Source of the DNA: Tubiluchus corallicola | Lineage: Eukaryota; Animalia; Priapulida | DNA: 64,000 bases | Reading direction: 5' to 3' | NCBI GenBank assembly: GCA_030141605.1 | Contig: JAQGDQ010000239.1 | Coordinates: forward strand, 1-64,000 | Shown: positions 37,501 to 51,633 of the stretch, piece by piece | Layout of the letters: each line of letters starts with the position of its first letter | Numbering within the stretch: position 1 is the first letter of the stretch | Notes under the pieces: model-generated | The model's database searches: none | The model's input: the letters and a program-made list of their open reading frames with translations, nothing else | What the model was told of the DNA's origin: nothing | Translations under genes and position numbers: made by a program

Positions 37501-38799
37501 TTTTAGACTGAAATGCTTTATTCTCAAATTTAGCAAAACATTTCAAACGCTAGCGATTAAACATGACAATACTTAATACGAGACGTAAACTAAAGAGTAA
37601 AAATGAGCACAAACAAAAAACACAATAATTTCTATACAATCACGCAATAAATGAAAAAAGCAATCCACAAAACTACAAGAATCATGTGATTTTGGGTGTC
37701 AACAAGAGAACGTCGTTGGTAATTATATGCAGGCTAGCAAGACAAACATCTTTCTTATCGTGCAACTTGCATTCAACTTGACGTTTATTTCCAACCACAG
37801 TTTTAAGTGCGGCGCCAGTAAATTTGAATCTTGGAGCTGAACGGATGACGGCAAGCCATCATATTCAATATCAATTGCTCATTGATACGTCTTAAATCTA
37901 TATTTTCAACAAAAACTTTGGTGTCTCAACAATGAAATGTATGTCATTTGGAGCAGTTAGTTAATGAACTTACACAATTTAGAGCCCTCTCTAACAGTGT
38001 AAACGTGTGTATTCTCCTCAAGGTACGAGCTGTAAACCGTACTCCCATAAAGATAGGCTAGTCACTTAGGGGACTATGGGGCAGTGTGGAATCTCACACT
38101 CTGTTAAGAACCAACTCATACCCAACTACATATATGAATAACTGATATCTTTCTCAGTTAAGAAACACCACCATTCAAAGTACAGGACTCTCGGGGGGCA
38201 GTCGTCAACCTTGTGTCACTCCTCACCATCAAAAAATCTTCAGCAGATCCCAAGTGTGCATTGATATGGCCTGCACACTAGGCATGAGCGTTAAAAGTTC
38301 AAATTCCATTTAAACTTAAAATAATTATGGATTCGAATAATTAACACTGAGGCATTAACATTTATTAGAGCATTCCACTCTTTCTTACCTGCAGCTAAGA
38401 GCATAAGTTCTTTTACTCCTAAAGCTAGATTTGGTTGAAGTTGTTGAACATTTTTAGTCTTAGCTGCTTTTGGTTTTTGAAGAGTATCCATATATTTACA
38501 CTTCTTCCGCAATTGATTACCATTTCTTACAATAATATATTCTTCTGCTTTGACTTGGTTTGCTTAAAGATTTATTTTCTCTAGTTACTGTGTCAGTTTG
38601 ATACATTGATCCAGCCTATGTCATCTGCATATTGTTGATCAATTAATAATGGTCCTGAACATGTTGATGAAGATTATCACAGTCAGTAGTATCATAATCA
38701 TGATTATTAGTATTTAAACAAATTAACACTGCAGAACAAAATAAGCAATTTGCAACAATCTTTGCGAGATTTGCTAATGATTCAAATATTTATTTTAAA

Positions 38800-40340
38800 A
38801 TTTTGGAAAGACTTGGTCCCCTAATTAGAAAAATGTCAAGAATGGGCTACATCTTCACTCACTATGTGCAGAGAATGCCCTCTGTATTACAAACAACATC
38901 TTCCAGCACCTGGGCACCTGGATGGGCCTATACTGAAAAGTACTGGTCTCTCATTGATCATGTGATCATCCACAAAGACAAGATTTCAAAGATGCTCTGA
39001 GGCTGTGTGTGGGGTGGAATGCTGAACTAATTATCACATAACTCTGAATCACAACCCATTCCTCACAATGAGGGTTTCAAGGGAAGTGCTTCAACATCAA
39101 AAATGGCAAAAATAATAAGTCTCTGTGCACTCTGAAAGCTAACATGACTGGATTGTCAAGAGTTTCCAAGAAATCCATGAACTTCTGAAATATAAACATA
39201 AGACATGACCCATATATTAAATTTGTCAAATATCGCCCAGACACCCCCTCTCGAAGTGGGTTTGTGAGAAAGCTCAGCAGTCTTCAGGACACCAGAGTCT
39301 TCAGAGGTAGTACGGATTGCAAAAGCAAAAGTGATCCGGTAGTTCGATGATGTAATTTTTTTCTGAATTCTATGACACATCTATGGATCTACCAGTCATA
39401 CCTCTGACCCTGCCAGACCAAAAGATTACACTTTCTATACAATGGTAAGGACAACATTTTCTCAAATTGAAAATAACACTCACAGATTTTTTTTTAATCA
39501 GTTCAGTCCAGCAGATCCTGTTATAGACAATGAACTAGCTTCCACAAGTCTGCACTGCTCCCAGACCTTGGTCCTACATGGAAAGAGACAACCGCAACCA
39601 TAGACAAGCCAAAGTACTACACAATATTATAAGCTGGTACAGATGAGGCCTTTAGTGCAAGAGGCCTTTAGTATTAAAAAATCTTTGTTTGATGGTCCTG
39701 GAAAAGTACACAACGGATTATGTTGTCCATTCAGTTCTGCCCCACATACAATGTGGCTTCTGTTGCAAGTGCAACATTGGGTAGACAGAAGTGAAGTAGA
39801 CATAGCATTTACACCTATTTCATGTTAAGGAAGGGTACAAGCAAAAACAAGCACCAGGCACCTTTATCAGCTTAGTGAATGTGTTTGATATGGTGAACAG
39901 TGACCTTTTCTGATGGGATTAGGAATCCCCTCCTGAGTTTCTAACTTTCCTTTCACATTGTTGTTGGAAGTCATGGAAAGCACAGGAGAGGAAGATACCA
40001 GTCTACAAGTGTAATGGATTTGATGGAGACATCAAATCTTGAATGTGTGAGGTTGGCAGATAGGAATTGTGATTGGAGAATTCAGACAGTCCACCTCTTG
40101 TGGAGATAACATCAAAAGAGAGAATACAATCATTCAAGATGATCATGTAACCCTAGAAATATAACTCAATTCGAGCAGTGTCTTGACAACACTGTTCAAC
40201 TTTCATCATTCAAAGGTGACCTTCACCTTCTGCCATTGCCCATGGATGTCCTCATCTCCAAGGACTCACCTACATAATGTGCGAAGCATATGCCTACATT
40301 GGAATAGACACGAGCTTCTACTATGACAGTTAATTCCCCA
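38800..40340 (+). mobile_element. Highly decayed RTE (BovB-like) LINE
   Basis: GLHLHSLCAENALCITNNIFQH..TWM..KYWSLIDHVII matches the RTE APE-endonuclease C-terminus. A degenerate RT FIDL.KAFD.V-like block lies near 39860-39900. Many stops and frameshifts; boundaries are approximate. Confidence 0.7.
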
Positions 40341-41311
40341 CATTCATGTATCCTTGCATTTCAATTTTTAGTTTTACTCGCAGCAGCTACAATTTAATCT
40401 TTCTCGAATCCAAACTGTTGCAAGAGATTTCATGTCTTACTCAACACCTTTCACTGAAAGATATGTTCATCATCATCATGCTGTGTCTAGTTTCCTTGAT
40501 TATGGCAGTGTTAACTTGTCTTGAGGGTAGATTTCTTTTACTCTAATGTTATTTCAGCCCAGTTAATTGTCTACAATAGTCATAATGGGCTTTATGATGA
40601 CGATGATAATATAACGGTTTGTATAATAAGTTTCCTTTATCGTGTTCGTGGTTGAGCCACTGTTGTTGTGATTACAAAAAAGACCTATCCAAACCAATAC
40701 CAATTATTGATTTTTGCCAAAATCAATAACCGAACCAATACTGATTTTCCTCAAATTCTATCCCGAGTCGATACTGATGCTGCGTTTTTCGCAATATCGA
40801 CAACCAATTTATTGGAGCAACACCAGCTAAAAGTGGTAAGTAAAGATGGTAAAAGTTTTATAATGAAAAATGAAGGAAAAGTAATTAGACTAGACATAAA
40901 GTTTAAATACTCATTATGTTCTATGGTTACCAAGATATAGTTTACAAATGATATTAATATTCGAAATAATAAATAAAGACATGAATGATGAATGATTAGA
41001 AAAGAAATACATAAAGGTCTTCTTAGCAACATCTGATAATGACTCCCATTATGCTATCACATTTCTTGTCCTGTTGATATTTATCGTTGTAAATGAAAGA
41101 ATAAATAATATGGAATGGTTTTATTAATATAAAATTAAAACTCAGAAAATCAAATGAGCACTTGCTTTCTTGGTTACTTAATTCGATCAGACTCTTGCAC
41201 TGTACGTTTGGTGGGCAATAAGCTCTATTCTCGTGGCACAAATCTTGACACAAATATTACAATTATTACATTCTCTCGATAATTTGCATCTTTAAATTTC
41301 AGGACATGCTA

Positions 41312-44300
41312 CAGTAAGTCATCGTTTACCAATGCTAATGCATTTCAGTGAAACAACGCCTTCCATGGGAAGCAATGTAAAAGCATTCATTTGCATTCAT
41401 AACCCATGTTGGCCTATGTAAGAGCACTGACTAAGTTGCCATGCAGGACAAAAATCAAGAACGTCTGGCTATATAAAACTTCCAATTGCCTTGCTGTTTG
41501 ACGTTTCTTGAAATTAAACTCTTTAATTTTAACTAAAAGCTAAAACAGAACTAAAGTTTGCAGTGGAAATTCAAATTTGAAAGACTCTTTCTTGCATAGA
41601 CATATCTTTCTCTGATTGATCCCCTTGTGCTATTTCTTCCTCTTTCTCCTATGCTAGTTTTTTACAAAAAATCTAACATTGGTTGCATAGACACCTTTTC
41701 CTGTTAAAACTTCTTTTCAGCACTTTAAAGTGTTAGCAACATCTTGTCTCACTTCTCAATTTCTCTCCCTATCCAGATTATTTTCACACAAAAATGAAGT
41801 CTAGCACCAATACTGTATTTTATGCAGGTGCTTTATGTAGATGTTTAAGTCTAGCTACTTCTGATTAACGCTCCTGAGAATATTTCTAGTGTTGTTCTTC
41901 TGACAACGTAAATGCAAATGATGTAAAGGCAACCCATTAATGTAACATGAGAGATTTTTATCAGAGGAATTTCATCTCCAGGCATGCAGGAAAGCACTGA
42001 AGTAATTAAGGAGTGGTCAGCAATGAATCATCGCAGCAAGCCTTTGTCTGCATAGTGGGGCAAATTATTACCGTGATTTCTGTTAATAAGGGGAGTGCAG
42101 CGAACAAAATTTCAGAACTTTTGCGATTGCGATTGCGATACTCGACTCTCTCCACCTATCAGAGGCGGGCACCTTTATAGGGTCTATTCTTCTTTAACGC
42201 TGATCTTTTAGTTGTATTTTCCAAGTTTAATGTCTTCATTTGTCTTTTTCCTGTATTCCACACATTCGTTCACTAGATTTCTAATTTTTAGCAATCCTTC
42301 CTTTTCACTGTTCATTAATACATCTGAGTTCAAATTTTTTTTCCATTCTCCATATCTGTAACATCTAAGCATATGTTCAGTAGTGTCATCATCTTCCTCA
42401 CACACTGGACATAATAACTGATCCTTAAACTCATTCTTGTAGTTCCCTTTAACTTTAATCATATTCAGTCTTAGTTTCAATATATCTTTAACCTCTTCTG
42501 GCTTGCATGTGTCTATGTAATTTTGTCGTTTCCACTCGGCATGCCTTAAAAATCTTAATTTAGTGCTGCTTCTGCATTTTTCTGCACATTCATTCTTTGT
42601 GCAACATTCAATCTTATTCTTTATTTCTTTCTTCCATTCAGACTTTTTCATGACCTTCACCATTTCTTTATTAGCATCTATGGTATATTTTTTTGCAGCC
42701 TCAACTACTTCATTATACCATGACCTTTTATGTATACTGTTTATTTGCATTTCGAGTACCTCTGATGCTAATCTCTTTGGTTTACTAATCAGTAAATTCC
42801 GATAGAACATCAATATATTACAATTTACTTTATGTTTTAGAGGACATTTGCCTATTTCAGTTACCAATCCCCAGTATGGCGTTGATTCACTAAGATTAAA
42901 TAATGTTTTTAAAGCATTTGCTTGAATCATTTCTAATTTCTCCCAATCAGTTGCTGTCAAATTTTACCATGTCTCAGAACTATTTAGCACTGCACTCACT
43001 AAAAGAAGCTCGTACAGCATTAGTTTTACCCCCATTGAGCAATCTCCCACTTTCAGCTCACCTCCTATTGTATTGATGTAACTAATTATCATTTTATTTT
43101 TCCCGGTTCGTTTTCCTAACATTGTTTCATAACTACATTTTGTATTAATCCAATCTCCCAAATATTGGTATTCCTCTACTTCCTTAACCTCTCCGTTCCT
43201 TAGTGACTCACATAATTCTGGAATCCTTTTCTTTCGTGTCATGTTAGTTCTCATATATTGTGTTTTCTGTATATTGAATGATAATCTTTTGGTTCTTTCA
43301 ATTTCTTGACAGTTTTTAATCATCTGCTTGATTATAGTTTCTTGTCCTATTCCCACAATATCGTCAATGAATAATAACATACCCACATGTATATTCCTGC
43401 CCATTACAGTCCCTGTTGTCACCATCTCATTAAACCGGTTTATTGCAGCACAACAGAGTAATGGTTCCAGCACTGTTCCCTGTCGGACTATTTCATTTAT
43501 TTCTATCTGGTCTGTTTTACCCAATGGTGTTTCTATAACTATTTCTGCAATTTCATTCCGTTTATATATCATAAAAATTTCTCCTAGTGATATGCCCATC
43601 CTCCATAATTATGTCATTGCATCTTTCAACCACAACTTATCAAAAGACTTTTCTATGTCACAAAAAAGTATGTACACTTCATTTTTATAAAACCTGTTAT
43701 ACTCTAATATTGCCCTCAAGATGTACAGATGGTCATAGACCCCTCTGTTTTTTCTTCTGCCACATTGATGAACTCGTACGTTTTCTTCAAATTTAACTAT
43801 TATTCTATTTTTGATCACTTTTTCCATTAGTTTATTGAATATATTTGTTATGAACAGCCCTCGTCTATTTTTCATCTCTTTCTTGTCACCTTTTCCCTTT
43901 TATAAATTGACTTTATTTTCATTTGGGCCCATTGTTTCGGTATTTTCTTTTGCTTCATTATTTCATTCAGCATTGCTACTATACTATCGATAAATCCTTT
44001 CCCTGCTTGTTTGATCATTTCATTCTTCCATCCATGCATGTCTGGAGCCTTTTTATTTTTTAATGATCGAACTGCTTCATTCACTTCACTGTTAGTAATT
44101 ACTTTTACTTCCTCCTCACTTGCCATTTGTTCAACATGTTTGAAAATTTGTTCAACCCTTGATTCTATCATTCATTCAAATTCACCCTCTGTCGGAGTTG
44201 GAGTTAACAATTCTTCATAATATTTTTTAAAAATCAACTTAATTTTTCCTGGATCCTCTTGGATCTCACCTTGTTTATTTCTCATTGCTATAGCTTCTTC

Positions 44301-44565
44301 TATTTTAGGTTTATCGATGCACTTTTTGAATTCCCAAAATAACTGCTGGTTAAGTTTTCCATTTACTGTAATTTTCTTAACAGTTTTATTTATTCTATTT
44401 ATTTGTTCCTTCCTTTGCAAATCCCTCATCTTGAACTTGAAGCCGAAAAAAAAACGTCGTTAAATCGAAATAAACTTGCCATTTAGTGAATAAAAGGTGT
44501 CAAAAGATCATACTCGCTAAAACGAAACATTGCTAAACGGGAAGTCGTTAAGGGAGGACTTACTG
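41312..44565. mobile_element. Tc1/pogo-type element interrupted by a LINE
   Basis: TA|CAGTAAGTC at 41310-41320 and GACTTACTG|TA at 44557-44567. Confidence 0.65.
42121..44432 (-). mobile_element. 5'-truncated non-LTR retrotransposon (LINE) ORF2 with RT and C-terminal CCHC; inactivated
   Basis: Consecutive ORF pieces with LKNKKAPD..G, RGLFITN..K, FCDIEKSFD, VRQGTVL.PLL, LLFIDDIV, YQYLG and CPVC...TEHMLRC, broken by a few stops and frameshifts. 3' tail (ATCGCA)3; candidate TSD GAACTT (42115-42120 and 44433-44438). Confidence 0.93.
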
Positions 44566-47500
44566 TACTTCACCAATAGCCTCCCAATAAGCACAATGGT
44601 TAACTACAATGGTCTTGAATTTGGTAGGGATTGTGAATCCCAAAATAGCTTCTAAGTGTGATTGCAGTACCTATTTTACATTCTCCAAATACCTATAATT
44701 TATCCTATACAAAACTTGTTTTGGTGTTGACAAGTGTTTGGTCCAGGAACACTGCATAGGAGGAACATGCATTCCAGTGCTTGTGTAGCCAGCTTCCCAA
44801 AGAATTTCCAGGTAAGTCCAAGAATTTGCTGAAGGCACTTAATCGATATGAAACTGCCCCAAAGTGTGCAGCAGTACATCGCCCAGGCCTCACAGACATA
44901 ATGTGCAAGTGAAACATAGTAAACTTTATATATGGTTGACAACAAAATAGCTAACTGCAAGTATGATTGGTAAAAATATAGTCTCTGAGCCGTTTAGGTG
45001 TTCTGAAGACCTGGTGCAGCAGATGTGATGAGGGATTTTCTTGTTTAGATGCAGATATTTGATACTTCACAGATGAATAAATGTGCTGGATTTTCAGAGG
45101 ATGTCGTTACCCAGCTATATTCAGATGCGGTTCATGGTCCTCATCACAAGTGTCATAATAACACTAGAAGTAAAATTTTACAAATGCACCACTGCGAGGA
45201 ATTCACACGTGTATACATATTTCAACACAAAATGCGAAGGCCCCCCATTGCGTAATTACTTGGTAATGTAATAACAAAAGAAGCTGTTTGAGCATCCAGC
45301 ATTAATTTGCAGCAAGAAGATTTAGACATAAAGACAGGTAAACATCTCCAGCTTTGAAAGATACTTCTGCCAGTTTTCTAATTGTGAACATATATATAAT
45401 TTGCATTTACAGCTGATCAAAACAATAGTCAATGATCGGATCAGTATCGGTTTCCAAAAAATCTGTATCAGTTTTGGCAAAATCTATTTTTCGGTATCGG
45501 TTCGGTTCAGTTTTCTCGTAATAGGAACAACACTGCCTTTAGTCATCTCAATTAATGAGCTTATGAATGTTGTTTGAATGGCATGAATTTTATTATTAAG
45601 CATGAGTTGATTATTAACACTCACTAGTTACAACACAAAAACGAAAGAAATTTCTAAATTTTAAACATATAATTAATTATTGTTACTGCAAAGGTCATAT
45701 CAAAACAACAATTATTTTTTCTTGTTTTTATAACTATCTTCTTCATCCCCACATGGCATATGCTTTTTCGTCGTATCTATAGTCGAAACAAGTTGAAGTC
45801 TATTTTGCGGTCAAACGAAAGATTTCTTGTTTTGCACCCTGATATGAGTGACGAACTGACGATGTAACAGTAATCCCGTAATGGGTAATTCTGCTTACTT
45901 TGGGTTTCTTCAATTTTTCTTGCAATATTACCAAGTTGTGCTATAAATTACTGTAGAGCATTGAAAGGAAAACTATAGGCTGTGATCAAATTTATTTTCA
46001 CGGTAAGATGATAAGATAGATTAGGTTTCAATTTATTTTTCTCATTCTAATTTACATTTCTTTATCATAATAAGCCGCTGCTTTGAGACGGGGTGGCAAT
46101 ATGAATAAATATTCTTTCATATTGTCTGATTATGACTGGTTTGGAAAAATTTTTATCTGCAGTGTATTGTCGTATGAAATGAAGTGTCCACGCAGTTCAT
46201 CCATGTAAGAAAGCTGTATTGAGGAGAGGTTACAATCATTCGTTGCTATCAGCTTTGTCTATTGGTTACATAATTTACATTATCTTTCATGTTACTCGTA
46301 TAGTATCCTCTGTGGGCTGGCAAAATGAGAGACTCCATGAGTATGTAATTCACTGATTGTACTTCTCGGGAAATCCTAGACACCATGGGTCTATCATGTG
46401 CCATACAGTTATCACTGCAAATGATGCTATCAAAAGCAATAAGTGCTGAATGAGGAGAAGCATAGCCTCTGCTATTTTACAGTCCACTTTTTACAGGGAA
46501 GCCAACACATAGGGTGGAACGATAGCCCATAGATACAATTTTTCTATGTGCCTTGCTTATATTTGTGCTCGAGTTGATTTTGACTTTCAAAAGAGCCAAT
46601 TTATCAAAATTTTTGTAGCACAAAAATTCAATCACCCCTATTAAAATTGCTGTTTGCATATGCTGGTTCAAGCAATGCTAAACATCAGGAAAATTATTTG
46701 ACATTCATGAGGCAAGTGTGGCATTATGCTATCATTGTCATTTTTACCTAGATTTTTTTCCTCTTCACTTTCTTTCCACATCTGACATTTATAACTCTTC
46801 CTTTTCTGGCCTCTCTTTTTCTGTTGTCTTTCAGTCACATCTTATGTGGGGTGTGAAAACAAATGTCCATTACAGCTTGACAAATGATGCTGTATGAAAT
46901 AGTGAATAGTGTCTTGATTGCCTTCCTAAAATAATGAAACTTTTAGACAAAGAAGCTGTTATTTAATGGTGTGCTTTTGATGGGACGCTATCAGCAATTC
47001 TTGAATGGTGCTCTCTATCTTAGAACAAAACATGCAGTGAGTTTTCCCCATTAAGTTACATTAGATGTGAAATGCATTTCAAGTATGTATCTTTTTTAGT
47101 GTGATCTTCTTTTTATGTGTTAATAATGTAAACAAAGGACTCCCAGAAACATCAATTCCGTAGTGCTAATAATTCCTTGTGATTTTTTTTTCATTTTTGT
47201 CATTTTTTGTTCTGTTCACCTGAAGAAGAACTATAGTGATAGCTCTAAACTGTGCAATTTCTTTCTTTCTTCCTTGTTTTATAATGAATTTTTTCATTCA
47301 GTGTCAATATTCTTGCCTTTAAGAATTAACCAGTGCTACCTGAAAGCAAAAATCAGTTTAATCAAGTTTGTAACCGGCAAACAGCTTTCCGTCAATAGCT
47401 CATGGCTCAGGCTGCCTGGGTTCAATACATGCTTTGTGCAATTTCTTATGTCATAATGATCCTGGTCATTTTATCTCATGGAGGGAAGAAGTGTGCACTT

Positions 47501-47720
47501 CCAAACATGGCTAAGACACCTCTGCCAGTTCAGTGGCTCATCATAGAGGAATATCCATGGTAATGAGCCAGGCTCCAATCAAAGCACAAAAACATCTAGT
47601 TGAGTAGCTCCCAAAATGTATAAAGAAAGGAAAAGTAAGTATTATTTGCCTTAACCAAATCTTCATTATTTCTACAATTATTTCTAAATAAACTTGAACT
47701 GATTTTATAGACCTCAGCTA

Positions 47721-47772
47721 TAATAATAATAATAATAATAGTAATAATAATAACAATAATAATAATTATAAT
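47721..47772. repeat. (AAT)n microsatellite
   Basis: taataataat... run with a few interruptions. Confidence 0.95.
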
Positions 47773-47879
47773 CTTCATTTTAAGCCAGCTTTCAGGATGA
47801 ACAATTAACACAAGCCTCCAAAGAGCTTTTGGACAGACTGTAAATAACGATCTACAACTACATAACAGAGACTGTTATT

Positions 47880-47990
47880 ACCCCACTTTTACCCTAAATA
47901 CCACACACCAGCCAGGACAACAGCAGGTACCATTTTTAAAGCCTTTGGTGTGACCCGGCCGCTATATCGAACAGATATCTAGAGATTAAA
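47880..47990 (-). mobile_element. Probable tRNA-derived SINE fragment
   Basis: ctttggtgtgacccggccgctatatcgaac reads on the minus strand as a B-box-like GTTCGAT...GGCCGGGTCACACCAAAG, typical of SINE heads. Confidence 0.45.
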
Positions 47991-50900
47991 CCATCGGGTC
48001 TGTCTAATGATCAGGCTCCAGATTAAGTTTTTTTTTAATTTCTTAAAACTTGTTTTGTCTGTATTTATTTTAAGGAAGTTTATGTCACTTTCTTTTACAA
48101 AATTCTTTATTGTTTTGTATTAAGAATAAACAATGTCATACTAATTTTTATCCGCTTAATAGTTACCAGGCTTAAAAACTTTTTTAAAATTTCTTGAAAA
48201 AATTCTATTTGCCACTTAATAAGAAGGCCTGCTTGTTTCACATTCATTATACTTGCACAGGTGTGTTAATTGAAATTTAATTCCTGTACATGATAATTCA
48301 ATATTCTCATTAATTCTCATTGAATACTTTATGTAAAATTTGCAGACGCAGATAGCGTTGCATGTGAGCAGATAAAATGCCAGTAGTTCAGCTGGTTTCA
48401 TTCACCCAGCCCACCTCCAGATGTCGGCTTCTCTAACTAGATGTGGGTAAGCGTGAACCATCCCATGTTGGTTTTTCTTTGTGAGAACTTCCAGTGGCAG
48501 TCAAAAGTGATGTGTTTACAAGGTTCATGCATGCTTGTTTTGCTTTAGGTTGTGAATGACTTAAACCTAGTTTCCTTTCACTGCTGAGACCAAAAACGCA
48601 TGTTTGTAAACTAGGTATGTTTATTATTATATATGCAGCCTATAATAGTTGTAGCTTGCATAATGATTGTATAACTGGCTGTATTTCAAATTGTTTAAAA
48701 ACTTATAGACTAAAAACTACTTACCTGCTAATAATATGATAGTTTCTTTTATAACAGCCTGTAATTTTTATGGGCCTTATTGGACAGTTTTTTCCTGTAC
48801 AAATACGCCTGTTTCTCATTCCATAATTTAGCTACTTAGTGGTTAAATTGTAACAAATTAGTATTGTAATTCATTTCACTTGGTACTTCGTGTCATCTTA
48901 CAGAAAATTAAGAAATATTTTTCATCGTCTATTTCGCCTGCCATGTGCATGTATTTCCACTCAATTGACTTGCCACTCATTGGTTTTCAGTAAATTAAAT
49001 GAAATCGATGATAAATCTTTTCTTTGATGTTGCATATCTGTTTCTCAGAATTTTTATAACTAAAAATCATTTTGAAGACTGAAAGAGATGCCCACCACAG
49101 CCATTACTGGATTTTGCATCATATTGAAGATGATTGCTACCTGTTTTTGCTACCATATATACTGGTAATTTTCAATTTAATTATGCCCGTAGCAAGTGTT
49201 GAGATAATTCACATTACTAATTGGCTAGGTATGCTATTCAATAATCCAACACAAGTTGTCCTCGAATGAGAATCAATACATTTTCCGCTAAATAATTTCT
49301 TTCGTGGAGTGCTAATACACGTCAAACTCAGCGTGCTTTCTAGCTTTCTTGCATAATGAAATTGAACTTGGCACATTGATTAAGTCTGGCTCTAATTCTG
49401 CCATTTGCAGGTACGTCTATTATATGTGTAAGTATATTATGCGGATCAATTATTACTAGTTTTGCCACACCGGTCAAAGCCATTTGAATGGACCAGTGTG
49501 GTAATTTTTATCTTGAAGGTTATGCATTTATTTTGTTTGTTAATTTATTTTATTACAATAAAGAAACAGCGCAATTATACCAGAGAATAGTAATTTTTTA
49601 AATGTTATAAACTTGCTTGATGATCTGACTGATCTATTATTGCCAGATAGGTTCCTGTTGCTGACTCTTGTACCGTTGCAGCCACAGTTCATTTTTGTAA
49701 CATTGCGCGATATATTATTTTTCGTTCACTATTAAATTTTGAGGAATATAACTGCATCTTATTTCTTTACAAAGTGATAAAATGGCATTCCTATTTAAAG
49801 CAATTATCTGCTTATATTCTATGTTTTAGTCTGCAGTATTGTTACAAGTTGACTTTAGCTCAGCTGTACATTTTCACCTGCGCATTAGAGTGAATGACTG
49901 AAGTGACTACAAATTTCTTTGATTCGACGTTTACAAATGTCAAAAATGATTTGTTGTGCTGTAAAACGTTTCATTCGTATTTTTGTGCACAATTTCATGT
50001 TGACTGTAGTTACAACACTGTTTTAATATTTAGAGATTTCTTTAGCTTAAATTAAGAAAGGTAAGACATAATTTACATAAAACCACGTTAGTTAATATAT
50101 TCGTTTGGAGCTCTGCTGTTATTTATAGATGAATGTTGTACATAGTAATGAGTTAGTGACGTCTGGTATAGTCTCATCAAAGTTTCTCTACACTTCTTAT
50201 TTTATACATTATGTATGTTCTAATGCTTTCAAGCAGTCACAGAGATTTTGCTTTTTGCCATTATTTCACTAAGTTTTTTTCAACCAGTAGGAATGTCAGC
50301 GTTTCAATCATGCTTTTACCCCTTGTCTTTCTTGTCAGACTGAATTATCGGGTAAAGTTAACTAGAGTATACGTATTAGCTACTTTACTTTCACAGAAAA
50401 TCCTGTGAAGCCAATCTGTAATCCTTCGTCCAAATCCTTTTTTCTCTCTGTCTTCAATAAAAGAACTCTTGATGAAGAAGAAGCAGCTTGGGTTGTAAGA
50501 TAATGTTATCAAAAGGTCCTCCGCTGGGCAATTTGGATTAGATTTAGTTCAAGTATCAACATATAGCAAGCGAATCAAATATAAACGTGTATGGCATTTA
50601 CAAAATCATGCGATCCAGTAAGACTAATATTATTGAACAAAACTCGAGATTTTTCATAGCATTAATGGGCTGCACTTCGCTTAGGGCATGTTTATTCCTT
50701 TACATGGCCATTCCTTACGCTTTTGGCGTTAATTCAAAGAAAGCTGTTATTATAAGTAGAGTACTTAACGTGTTTGAAAACATGTTTTTCTTTATAATTT
50801 AATTTTTTCCTACAATTAATCTGGGCGCTTTTACTAAGTGTTGCTACCGCAGACCTCAGTCATGTGTTCCTGAATAATCAATACAATCAATATGTAACTG

Positions 50901-51346
50901 GTGGTGACACACTGACACATACTGTCCTTTTAAGGGATACTAAAAGATTTAGAAGAGATAAAGTATCGCCTAATGGAGTGTAAAACTTGAATTTATTGCA
51001 TGCCGAAAGATTTATCAGCTAAAAAGGTGTAAAAGCGGTCAAATTTACTGCGAAAATTTTTCATGTCTCGAAGAAAAGATCTCGTTAGCTGTGAGAAATT
51101 AAATTCTCTTCCATGTAAAGAAGTTTGCAGTACCGTTTGTATGATTATTGGCATGGTTACAATGTCCTTGTTTTCAGATTTCAAACTCAAAATTTTTACA
51201 GATCCATACGGTAACCATAGCTAGACAACATTATTTTGTTTTTATCTAAAAGGTGATCGTTCACGAACAGGACGTATTACAACAGTTACTGTTGCTGAAA
51301 TATTTCTAATAATTATCACGCGCCAATGAGAGCAGAGTAATTAGCA

Positions 51347-51633
51347 ATGAATTGAGAGGCTCCTTATTTCGGCTACTTCTAGATATTAATTGGCTCAAAT
51401 TTGTATTTCGTGCCACATACATAAATACGTCGTACATTTTTTGTATATTTTTTGCACGTGCATGCAAAACCTCCATGTACTGAGAGGCATGAATTGAGAC
51501 ATGAATTGAGAGGCTCCTTATTTCGGCTACTTCTAGATATTAATTGGCTCAAATTTGTATTTCGTGCCACATACATAAATACGTCGTACATTTTTTGTAT
51601 ATTTTTTGCACGTGCATGCAAAACCTCCATGTA
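51347..51633. repeat. Perfect 133-bp direct duplication with a 21-bp filler
   Basis: 51347-51479 appears identical to 51501-51633 by eye; the filler is ctgagaggcatgaattgagac. Confidence 0.95.

Larger units (their letters stand above)
40658..45535. mobile_element. Old hAT-Ac-like element forming the outer layer of a TE nest
   Basis: CACTGTTGTT..ATTAC at the left and GTAAT..AACAACACTG at the right, with inverted ccaatacc/ccgaacc versus ggtatcgg/ggttcgg subterminal arrays. The TSD is not convincing. Confidence 0.5.

Noticed and set aside
38291-38512. 73-aa ORF with a Cys-spaced (CXC-like) alternative frame
   Set aside because: The Cys-rich frame is interrupted by stops; at most an unassignable TE relic.
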